Of a DNA stretch of 64,000 nucleotides, positions 28,763-37,529 are shown piece after piece. The stretch lies in NCBI GenBank assembly GCA_038279365.1, contig JAYODI010000015.1:10169-74168 (forward strand). The letters run 5' to 3'. Numbering within the stretch: position 1 is the stretch's first letter; each line of letters opens with the position of its first letter. The stretch comes from Candidatus Latescibacterota bacterium (GTDB lineage: Bacteria; Latescibacterota; UBA2968). The notes under the pieces are model-generated. The model was not told the DNA's origin. It made no database searches and saw only the letters and a list, made by a program, of their open reading frames with translations. The position numbers were made by a program, and so were the translations under genes.

Positions 28763-31012
28763 ATGTCTCAACCAACTAAAATTTATGCCTACCCTGTCGC
28801 GGAAGGCCTTTTCATCCAAGAAGAATACCAAGAATCCAACCGCCACTTCACACACCCAGGCATATTCACCAACAAACAAACCATCCAAACCGTACGCGAT
28901 CACATCAAGTCCAACAACAAACCCTGGGTCAACAGCCTCACCCACTGGGAAAACTGGGCCAAAGAAGCCCTCGCACAAGAACCCGAACCTGTGCAACGCG
29001 TCTTTCGCCGCACACCCAACCACATAGGTGTAGACGAAAGCATCCGCGACTTCAACGCGGCCCAACATCTTGCCTACCTCTTTTGCCTCACCGACAAAAC
29101 CGAATATGCCGACAAAGCCATTGAAATCATCAATGCCTGGAGCAACACCCTCAAAGCAGTGCGCGGAGCGGGTTTCAACCTGCAATCAGGTCTTATGATT
29201 CCCCAACTCATGGGTGCCGCTGACCTCATCAAACACAATTGTGACCGCTGGAAAAAAGAAGACCAAGACCGTTTCCAAGCCTTCAGTGAAGTCGTTCTCC
29301 TCCCGCACGTCATCAACCTGCGCATCTCCATTAATGGCAACCACGACTGCGCCACCAACATGGCCCTTGCCGCCATTGGCATTTATCTCGACGACGAATT
29401 CCTCTTCAACCGATCCATCAATTACTACCTCCACAGCAAAGGGTATGGCGCCATTGCCCACTACTTCTTGGCCAATGGCGAATGCCAAGAAGATGGCCGC
29501 GACATGGGCCACTCACGCATGGGTGTGCGCTTCTTTGCACGCATTGCCGACATGGCCAAAAACCAAGGTGAAAACATCTTTGACCGCTTCGACTACCGCC
29601 TTGCCGCCGCCATGGAACACTATGCCCGCGTGCAAATGGACTATTACATTCCCGCCATGTATAGCAGTGTTCACCTTTCCCCCTTAGGCTTAAGGGGTGT
29701 GGTTGATCTCTCCGAATTACAAGCCTATCACTACTTCACACAAGAACGCAACATGCCCATGCCCTTTATGACGCGGCTCATTCAAATCACGCAAGATTGT
29801 GACCCAACCCTCTTAGAACAAAACCAACTCTTTTTGCCTGAAGCATTCACCCTTGCCCAAGTGCCTTCTCTGCCCAACATCAACAAAAGCACATTCAGCT
29901 TTGGTGTCATCCCTTTCGACAGCGGAGCCTTAGACAAAGACACCTACGCACAACTCTCCGATGCCCTCGCACAAACCACCGGAAAACCCACCCAAATCGT
30001 CCACGCACAAGACTATGAGACACTCCTCCAAGGCGTACACAATGGCGACCTTAATGCCGCACTCGTCCCCCCCGACGAATATGTTGCCAACCAAAACACG
30101 CTCGACCTTGCATTGGCCGCATCCGAACGCATGCCCGATGGCCGCGATGGGTTTCACCACGTCTGGCTTGTACCCAAAGCCGCTGGTGTCACCACCCTTA
30201 AAGAAGCTTTTGAATCCAACATCATTCTCGCAGCCGTTTTCCCATGGGCCCTGCCCTCATGCATCGACCTCTTACCTCTCATAGATGCGGGCATCTCCAT
30301 CACCGATATCTTTGCACGCATCCGCTTCGACCAAGGCAATGGCAGTTATGCCTACAAATTTGCCGACATGTTCAAAACCCTCTTCTCAACAGATCAACCC
30401 AACAACACCTTTGCCGCCGTTGCCACAACAGACCTCGATGTCAACGCCTACAGATTGCCGTTAAGCAAACTCAATCGTTCTGCACACGCCTTTCCCTTTG
30501 TTGAAAAATATCACAACGACTGGCAAAAAGTATATCCCTACTACACACCCTTCTTTGGCGAAGCGCTCGGCTTTAGCGTCAACCTCCACGAACAAAAACC
30601 CAAACACTTTAGCGACTACGAAGACCAAGTCACAGTCCTTCACCAATCGCCCCAAATACCCGGCCAAGCCGTGATCATGAAAAAAGGCTCCGAAATAACA
30701 CTCACCTGCCCCGCCAATTATTTAACCCGCAACGAATGGGACCACCGCATCTGCTTCCCAGGTTTGATTCCCACCAACGACAGCAAATACGACATCATTC
30801 GCCAAGCTGTGGCACTCAAACAAAACCTCTTTAAAAACCACACCGAAACCGAAATTCGCGTGGGTGGTGGCGTCAAAAAAGGCCAAGTCACCGAAAAAGG
30901 CATGCCCGAAACCGTCTACCACGATCTCCGCTTTGGTGGCGGTCACCAAGTCCCCTCCAAACGGTGGGACTTCACCCCCAACAGCTGGATGCGACAAATG
31001 ATGCGAGGTTAA
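28763..31012 (+). CDS. Fusion: alginate-lyase-family domain + PhnD-like phosphate/phosphonate-binding domain
   Basis: N-half: FTHPGI, YADKAIEIINAW, NGNHD, GECQEDGRDMGH. C-half: FGVIP...LSDALAQTTGKP.....DYETLLQGVHNGDLNAA..PP..YV. Confidence 0.7.
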   Translation: MSQPTKIYAYPVAEGLFIQEEYQESNRHFTHPGIFTNKQTIQTVRDHIKSNNKPWVNSLTHWENWAKEALAQEPEPVQRVFRRTPNHIGVDESIRDFNAAQHLAYLFCLTDKTEYADKAIEIINAWSNTLKAVRGAGFNLQSGLMIPQLMGAADLIKHNCDRWKKEDQDRFQAFSEVVLLPHVINLRISINGNHDCATNMALAAIGIYLDDEFLFNRSINYYLHSKGYGAIAHYFLANGECQEDGRDMGHSRMGVRFFARIADMAKNQGENIFDRFDYRLAAAMEHYARVQMDYYIPAMYSSVHLSPLGLRGVVDLSELQAYHYFTQERNMPMPFMTRLIQITQDCDPTLLEQNQLFLPEAFTLAQVPSLPNINKSTFSFGVIPFDSGALDKDTYAQLSDALAQTTGKPTQIVHAQDYETLLQGVHNGDLNAALVPPDEYVANQNTLDLALAASERMPDGRDGFHHVWLVPKAAGVTTLKEAFESNIILAAVFPWALPSCIDLLPLIDAGISITDIFARIRFDQGNGSYAYKFADMFKTLFSTDQPNNTFAAVATTDLDVNAYRLPLSKLNRSAHAFPFVEKYHNDWQKVYPYYTPFFGEALGFSVNLHEQKPKHFSDYEDQVTVLHQSPQIPGQAVIMKKGSEITLTCPANYLTRNEWDHRICFPGLIPTNDSKYDIIRQAVALKQNLFKNHTETEIRVGGGVKKGQVTEKGMPETVYHDLRFGGGHQVPSKRWDFTPNSWMRQMMRG

Positions 31013-31180
31013 ATTTCACACCAAAACTTAGATACAACCGCCCGGTGGTGTGGGCCGTTGTGCAGTTGGTGGGGTGTGGATGTGTGGGCAGGGTGGCGCG
31101 TGGAACGCGAGGCGGGGTGTGGGAACGGCGCGGGCAGGTGAGGGTGGTTTTACCCAGAAATAAACACTGAACAACATTTA

Positions 31181-31255
31181 AAGCCCCACGCAGTGGTGGC
31201 ATTTTTTGCTTACTTTTTTTTGCTGTTGAAAAAAAGTAAGTCGTGCCGAAGGCAT
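31181..31255. repeat. Dispersed structured repeat, copy C (3' part)
   Basis: gccccacgcagtggtggcattttttgcttactttttttt-gctgttg-aaaaaaagtaagtcgtgccgaaggca. Confidence 0.85.
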
Positions 31256-31271
31256 AAAAGGAGAAAGAACT

Positions 31272-32432
31272 TTGAAAATCACCAACCTCATCTGCGAAAT
31301 CTACCGCTGGCCTCGCCCCCATCAAATCACCAATGGCAGCAACACCTACGGCGACGGCGTCCTCCTCCTCCTCCGCATCACAACCAGCGAAGGCCTCACT
31401 GGCCACGGCTGGCTCGGCGGCACCGCTGCCGAACGCCCCCTCGAAATTTTTTCATCCTACATTCCCTACTATCGCCAACGCCTTCTCAACCGCAACCCAC
31501 AAGACAGCGCAAAAATATTTGCCGACCTTGAGCACGAACACATCAAAACCTTCGGCTTCAGTGGCGCGCACGGTCAACTCACAGGTGCCATCAACTGCGC
31601 CCTATGGGACATCAAAGGCCAAATGGCCAACAAACCTGTGCACGCACTCCTTTCAGGTGACGACACACCTAAAAAAGTGCGCGGGTATATTGCAGGCGGT
31701 TATTATTATGGCAACGATGGCCAACCCGAAGGCCTCGCCCGCCTTCAGGAAGAATTGCGCTTTAATGTCGAAACCCTCAAAACCCACAGCGTCAAAATCA
31801 AAATTGGCAACCCATCGGCAGGCATCGACATCGACACCAAACGCGTGGCCGCATCGCGTGAAGCCATTGGCCCAAACATTGAACTCATGGTCGATGTCAA
31901 CTGCGCCTTCAAAGATGCCGAAACCGCCATAGCCTATGCCAAAGCCATTGAACCCTACGACATCTTCTGGCTCGAAGAACCCTTTCGTCCAGATGCCTTT
32001 GACCTACACCGTCAACTCACACAAGCCACATCCATACCCATTGCAACCGGTGAAAACATGTACACCGTGCCCCACTTTAAAGAATTCATATCTCAAGGTT
32101 CCGTACACATGGTCAATGCCGATGTGGCCATCATGACCGGTGGGTATGACGCCGGCATGGACGTTTGGCAACTGGCAAAAGAAAAAGGATGCCATTTGGC
32201 ACCCCACGGTTGTCAAGAACTCCAATGTCACTATGTGGCCGCCGCCGACCCAGAGGGTGGGCGACTCGAAATCTATCCCCCTCGCTTAGACCCCGAACGC
32301 GACAAAATTTTTCCCATACCCTTTGCACTTGATGAAAAGGGATACGCATCCATTCCCAACGAACCCGGTATCGGTCTCATTCCCAACAGAAAAGCCCTCA
32401 AAAAGCACCTTGTTTATACCAGCGAAAAATAA
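31272..32432 (+). CDS. Mandelate racemase/muconate lactonising enzyme family (enolase superfamily, probable acid-sugar dehydratase)
   Basis: ALWDIKG, KIK, MVDVN, WLEEP, ATGEN, APHG; TTG start with AAGGAG. Confidence 0.9.
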   Translation: MKITNLICEIYRWPRPHQITNGSNTYGDGVLLLLRITTSEGLTGHGWLGGTAAERPLEIFSSYIPYYRQRLLNRNPQDSAKIFADLEHEHIKTFGFSGAHGQLTGAINCALWDIKGQMANKPVHALLSGDDTPKKVRGYIAGGYYYGNDGQPEGLARLQEELRFNVETLKTHSVKIKIGNPSAGIDIDTKRVAASREAIGPNIELMVDVNCAFKDAETAIAYAKAIEPYDIFWLEEPFRPDAFDLHRQLTQATSIPIATGENMYTVPHFKEFISQGSVHMVNADVAIMTGGYDAGMDVWQLAKEKGCHLAPHGCQELQCHYVAAADPEGGRLEIYPPRLDPERDKIFPIPFALDEKGYASIPNEPGIGLIPNRKALKKHLVYTSEK

Positions 32433-32440
32433 ACCAAACG

Positions 32441-33694
32441 TTATGCCCATCTTTTTTTAGACATATTCAAACCCGTCACCAAAAACAAAAGGGTCACTGC
32501 CACACCAAACACACCCACAGGCCAAAAAGGTCCCCCTATTTTTTGCGCAACCACCAAGTCAACGGCCAAACCCATAAGTGGTGCCATCAGCATCGTAGAC
32601 GCGCGCCGCATTTGACTTTCAATAGACAACAACAACGCGCCTTGTTCTTCGCGCCCATGGGTATCCAAACGCCCCAACTGCACAGGTCGCCACAAATTTT
32701 GAAGCGCATCCAAAAGTACAAAAATCACAATCAATGCCAAATCAATTTGAAAAAACGATACACTGGCCATCCCCAAAAACAAAATGGCGGCACTGCCCCA
32801 CAAAAAAAGTGCCGCCCGTTCTGCTTCTCCCCAAAAGACCACAACACGATGTGCATTTCGACTGGCAAATGCCGCCAACAAATAAAGCATCAAATAAACA
32901 GGTCCAACAAGCAATGTGCTTTGCTGAATATCACTCATCTGCTCCTGTGCAAACCACTGCCCCACAGCAACAACCGCAGCGCCCTTTAGAATAGGCTGAA
33001 GATAGTCTTTTGCCACATCGTAGGCCCCTTGAAAACCCATAGATTCTGCAATGAGGCGGCGTAAATGCATGTTGCCAAACGCCTCTTTAAAACTTTCTTT
33101 AAGATGACGCCCCATTTGAGCAAGAGATATTTCTCGATCAACCGTACCATCCAATTCTTGAGGATAACTCAAAATATTGATAATCCCCAAAACATAAGGC
33201 ACAATCGTACAATAAAAAACATACGTGTAACTGTCATACACATAAACAAAAACGGCCGCCAAAACAACAGACAACGCAGACCCAAACTTGCTCCAAGAAC
33301 GCGTATACCCATAAACCTGCGTGCGCTCTTTTTCACGTCCTTGCAAACGCAGCCATGTAAAAATCATGGCCTTGTGCGTACCCGACCGAAATGCTTCGCC
33401 AATGGCAAACAAAAACATCGCCACAAAAAGCATCACCACATGCTCGGTCAAACCAAAAGCAAGAAAGCTTGCAATATAAGCCGAATATGACAACACCATC
33501 GACCGCCGCCGCCCCCAAACATCGGCAAGGGCACCCGAAGGAATTTCAAATACATTCACCACAATCTCACGAAACGCAACCAACAACCCAATTTGGAAAA
33601 AACTCATCCCTTTTTCCAAAAAGATCAAAATTAAGAACGGTTCAAAGTAGCGTTGGTTCTTGAGAAAACCATAAAGGCAAAAGCGAAAGAACAT
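32441..33694 (-). CDS. MFS transporter
   Basis: EIPSGALADVWGRRRSM motif A; about 12 TM helices. Confidence 0.9.
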   Translation of the reverse strand: MFFRFCLYGFLKNQRYFEPFLILIFLEKGMSFFQIGLLVAFREIVVNVFEIPSGALADVWGRRRSMVLSYSAYIASFLAFGLTEHVVMLFVAMFLFAIGEAFRSGTHKAMIFTWLRLQGREKERTQVYGYTRSWSKFGSALSVVLAAVFVYVYDSYTYVFYCTIVPYVLGIINILSYPQELDGTVDREISLAQMGRHLKESFKEAFGNMHLRRLIAESMGFQGAYDVAKDYLQPILKGAAVVAVGQWFAQEQMSDIQQSTLLVGPVYLMLYLLAAFASRNAHRVVVFWGEAERAALFLWGSAAILFLGMASVSFFQIDLALIVIFVLLDALQNLWRPVQLGRLDTHGREEQGALLLSIESQMRRASTMLMAPLMGLAVDLVVAQKIGGPFWPVGVFGVAVTLLFLVTGLNMSKKRWA

Positions 33695-33871
33695 AAATAC
33701 AACCTGATTAAAAGGTCAAAAAGAGGTAAGAGGTAAAACGAAAGAAGATTTTGATTTTCTCTTCTTCTTTCTTCTTCCCTGATAGCCGCGTCACAATATA
33801 ATGATGGAACCCTCTAAAAATGAACTTTTCTATCCACACCATTTTAAAACCTTCACCACAAGGAAATCACC

Positions 33872-35749
33872 ATGCACCTTTCTATATTTTCTGACGAACT
33901 CGGCACCGATATCACCGAAGCGGCTCCCATTATCAAATCTTGGGGATTAGATTATGTCGATCTTCGCGGGCGCATCTTTGGCCGAGGTATCGAATCGCTC
34001 TCCGATCAACAACTCAAAGACCTCAAAACATTATTAGATGACCAAGGCCTCAAAGTCGGTTGTCTGCAAACATCTCTCGCCAAGTCGCACCAACCCGACG
34101 CCGAAACCCGCAAAGCCGAAGGTGAAAAACTCGAAGGCATCATCCGTGCCGCAGATGCACTTAATTGCCGTCGTGTCAGATCCTTTTACTTTTGGCAAAA
34201 ATACCAAGAAGGCCAAGGGGCACTCGCCACACAACCCGATCAACTGCAAAAAACCATGGACATGTTTGCCCCCTTAGCAGACCGCGCCAAACAGGCCGAA
34301 CTCATTCTCGGTTTTGAAAACTGTGGCACCACACCCGACGAGGTCTTTGCCATGCTCGACCTTATGAACGTGCCCGAATGGGGTTTGGCCTGGGATCCTC
34401 ACAACGATTGGAACAGTGAAGCCCGAAAAAAAGACCAAGACGGTTACATCCAGCGCATGATCACAAAAACCAATATGATTCATGTCAAAGCCAAACTCGC
34501 CGTCAAAGAACTGGGTGGCGATATGATCGATTACGAGCGCATTCTCGAAGTCTTCTTAGCCCGTGGCCTCAATGCCCCAGTAAGCGTTGAAACACACAAC
34601 CCCGACCGTTCCGTGAGCAACGAAGACATGTCCAAACGCACCGTCTTGGCCATCCAACGTGCCTGGCCCACTGCCGCACAAGGAGGCGTCACCGCACGCA
34701 AATCGGGCCGTGGCCTCAAACGCCCCTGGCACGATGACCCCGTCGGATTTGCCGTCATCGGTTTGGGCATGGGCTATAACCGCGCCCGAGAAATCACCGA
34801 AACATCGGGCACGCGCCTTGTAGGTGTTTGTGACCTCAATGAAGAACGCGCCCAAAAAGCCGCCACTGCATTTGACGTGCCTTATTCCACCAACCTCAAC
34901 GACTACCTTAACAACGACGAAGTGGATGTGGTCTTTGTCCTCACCGAAACCGGCAACCACGGCAAAATTGCCATGCAAGCCCTCAGTGCAGGCAAACATG
35001 TCATGACCACCAAACCCATGGATGCCAATGTTGAAAACTGCAACGCCATGATCCAATTGGCCGAAGAGAAAAACCTCATGTTGGCCGTCGATTTTGAAAT
35101 GCGCCACACCCCTGGTTTCTGTGCCTTGCAAACGGCCATTCAAGAAGGCCACTTGGGCAAAATTCGCGGTGGCAATTTACAACTCAAAGTCCAACGCACA
35201 GAAGACTACTTCAAACACAACAATGCATGGCGCGGCACCCACAAATTAGATGGCGGTGGTGTTCTCTCCAACCAATCCATCCACTATGTCGATCAAATCG
35301 CCTTCACGGCTGGTGTACCCGCCAAAGTCCGTTGCAACATATGGAACCAAGTGCATCCTTACATCGAAGCCGAAGACTTAGGATCAGCCGTTTGGCTTTA
35401 TGAAGACGGTTCTGTGATCACCTACAACGCCACCACCAGTTACCCCCAATCGACCTGGTATTGGCAATATGAACTCCATGGTGAAAAAGGAGCCTTTTTT
35501 GAAGCAGGCGGTGGGCCTTTTGAAAAACAAACCACCAAATGGTATTACGACCATGCATGGCGCACCAATGCACCCGTTCATGCCGAACCCGAATGGTTCA
35601 ACTCCATGGACAACTTTGCCGCCGCCATTCGAGACGGTGCCCCACTTACCGCCACAGGCCGCGATGGTCGTGTTAGCCGCGCCATATTAGACGCCATGTA
35701 CAAATCATCTCGCGAAAACAATGGCGATTGGGTTGACGTCCAAGTTTAA
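33872..35749 (+). CDS. Fusion: xylose-isomerase-like TIM barrel + Gfo/Idh/MocA oxidoreductase
   Basis: N-half: SIFSDE, GFEN, WDPHN, HVK, VETH. C-half: AVIGLGMG, GKHVMTTKP, GGGVLSNQSIH. Confidence 0.85.
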   Translation: MHLSIFSDELGTDITEAAPIIKSWGLDYVDLRGRIFGRGIESLSDQQLKDLKTLLDDQGLKVGCLQTSLAKSHQPDAETRKAEGEKLEGIIRAADALNCRRVRSFYFWQKYQEGQGALATQPDQLQKTMDMFAPLADRAKQAELILGFENCGTTPDEVFAMLDLMNVPEWGLAWDPHNDWNSEARKKDQDGYIQRMITKTNMIHVKAKLAVKELGGDMIDYERILEVFLARGLNAPVSVETHNPDRSVSNEDMSKRTVLAIQRAWPTAAQGGVTARKSGRGLKRPWHDDPVGFAVIGLGMGYNRAREITETSGTRLVGVCDLNEERAQKAATAFDVPYSTNLNDYLNNDEVDVVFVLTETGNHGKIAMQALSAGKHVMTTKPMDANVENCNAMIQLAEEKNLMLAVDFEMRHTPGFCALQTAIQEGHLGKIRGGNLQLKVQRTEDYFKHNNAWRGTHKLDGGGVLSNQSIHYVDQIAFTAGVPAKVRCNIWNQVHPYIEAEDLGSAVWLYEDGSVITYNATTSYPQSTWYWQYELHGEKGAFFEAGGGPFEKQTTKWYYDHAWRTNAPVHAEPEWFNSMDNFAAAIRDGAPLTATGRDGRVSRAILDAMYKSSRENNGDWVDVQV

Positions 35750-35793
35750 TCATCATCTTATGTCAGGTAGTTTTTTAAAATGGAAGGTAAATC

Positions 35794-37431
35794 ATGAACA
35801 AACCCAACTTCGCACAATATTTTCGCTATGACACGCTCACCGAATTGTTGCGCACATTTGAACAAGAATTTCCCACGCTTGCATCACTCGAAGCCATTGG
35901 CAAAAGCCACGAAGGCCGCGACATCTGGGCACTCACCATTACCAACACCGCAACAGGTGCACCACTCGAAAAACCAGGCTTCTACGTAGATGGCAACATA
36001 CACGGCAGTGAGGTTACCGCTTCATCAACCGCCCTCTACTTTGCCTGGACACTGTTATCGGGCTATGGCCAAAATGAAGAAATAACCCGTTTGGTCGATG
36101 AATCCACCACCTACATCATCCCTGTGGTCAGCCCAGACGGTGTTGAACATGTGCTCTCTAACACGGGCCATGTGCGCAGTGGCACCCGCATGTATCCTTA
36201 CGAAGAAGAACGTGATGGGCTACACCCTGAAGACATCAATGGAGATGGTCAAATTTCATCCATGCGCATTGAAGATCCAGGAGGCGGATGGAAAATCTCA
36301 GAAAAAGACCCTCGCCTACTCGTCCCACGCCGCTTCAACGATACAACAGGCACCTTCTATCGTGTCTTTCAAGAAGGCAACATACAAAACTTTGATGGTG
36401 TTGAAGTCAAACCCGCACCCGCAAAACATGGCCTCGACTTCAACCGCAACTTCCCTGCCAACTGGCAACCCGAAGTCAAACAACACGGTGCAGGTGACTA
36501 TCCATTCTCCGAACCAGAAACCCGTGCCTTAGCCGAATTTATCACCAGCCACCCCAACATTTGTGGCCTCCACTCACTCCACACCGGCATGGAATCGATC
36601 ATTCGCCCACCCGCCACACAAACAGACAAAGAAATGCCCGCAGAAGACTTAAGCCGTGCCCTCGAAATTGGGCACTTGGGTGTCGACATCACCGGATACG
36701 TCTTGTTCTCCTATCGCCACCTCAACGACGACATCTATGTGGCCCATGGAGATTTTGCCACCTGGACATATGAACAACTCGGCCTTCTCGTCTTCTGTGA
36801 TGAACTTTGGGATGTAAGAGCCCGCAGTGGCAAAGACTATGTAGAACTCAACAAAATGAACAAAGAGCACGATCTCAATGGTTTAGAAGAAGTGGAAGCC
36901 GCCGCTTTAAAATGGAATGACGACGTCCTTCAAGGTGAAGGATTTATAGACTGGCAACCTTTTGACCACCCCCAATTGGGCCCAGTTGAAATTGGCGGAT
37001 GGAAACGCATTTTACGCAACAATGCCCCCCCCCAATTACTTGAAGAAACCTGTGAAAAAATGTCGCGCTTTCTCATCGCCCACGCACAAGCTGCTCCTAA
37101 ATTGCGTGCCGAAATGCACCAAATAGAAGCAATAGGTGACAATGTCTATCGCATCTCAATTGCCGTTCGCAACGACGGTTACTTGCCCACCAATGTCACA
37201 CAGCAAGCCGTCAAAATGAATCAAGCCAGACCCATTGAAGCACGCATTCACCTCAATAAAAAAGACACGCTTCTTATGGGTGATGCCAAACAAGAAATCG
37301 GACAACTCAGTGGCTACGGCGGTCGCCGAAAAGTCGAATGGACCGTCCGCTTTGAAACCACACCAACAGGCACCATTGAAATATCCAGCAAAAGAGCAGG
37401 TACTGTGCGCCTCAACATTTCAAATACATAA
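35794..37431 (+). CDS. M14 family zinc carboxypeptidase
   Basis: GNIHGSE (HxxE), SPDG, DFNRNF, PFSEPETRA, SLHT. Confidence 0.9.
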   Translation: MNKPNFAQYFRYDTLTELLRTFEQEFPTLASLEAIGKSHEGRDIWALTITNTATGAPLEKPGFYVDGNIHGSEVTASSTALYFAWTLLSGYGQNEEITRLVDESTTYIIPVVSPDGVEHVLSNTGHVRSGTRMYPYEEERDGLHPEDINGDGQISSMRIEDPGGGWKISEKDPRLLVPRRFNDTTGTFYRVFQEGNIQNFDGVEVKPAPAKHGLDFNRNFPANWQPEVKQHGAGDYPFSEPETRALAEFITSHPNICGLHSLHTGMESIIRPPATQTDKEMPAEDLSRALEIGHLGVDITGYVLFSYRHLNDDIYVAHGDFATWTYEQLGLLVFCDELWDVRARSGKDYVELNKMNKEHDLNGLEEVEAAALKWNDDVLQGEGFIDWQPFDHPQLGPVEIGGWKRILRNNAPPQLLEETCEKMSRFLIAHAQAAPKLRAEMHQIEAIGDNVYRISIAVRNDGYLPTNVTQQAVKMNQARPIEARIHLNKKDTLLMGDAKQEIGQLSGYGGRRKVEWTVRFETTPTGTIEISSKRAGTVRLNISNT

Positions 37432-37529
37432 CACCTCTGGATGGCACCTTGCAAAAATTAGCCAATGCATTTGCTTCATCCAACGCGATGAAAACGACAC
37501 CTGTGCTGTGCATGGGAGAGGAGCAAAGA

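Noticed and set aside
16606-31255. CRISPR array or integron attC sites as the explanation for the dispersed repeat
   Set aside because: Copies are kilobases apart with no spacer structure, no cas or integrase gene, and no RYYYAAC/GTTRRRY ends; plain terminators would not share this much sequence
30972-31531. ORFs 30972-31406 (-) and 31193-31531 (+, FFAYFFLLLKKSKS)
   Set aside because: Translations of the repeat element and of the enolase-family gene's shadow frames
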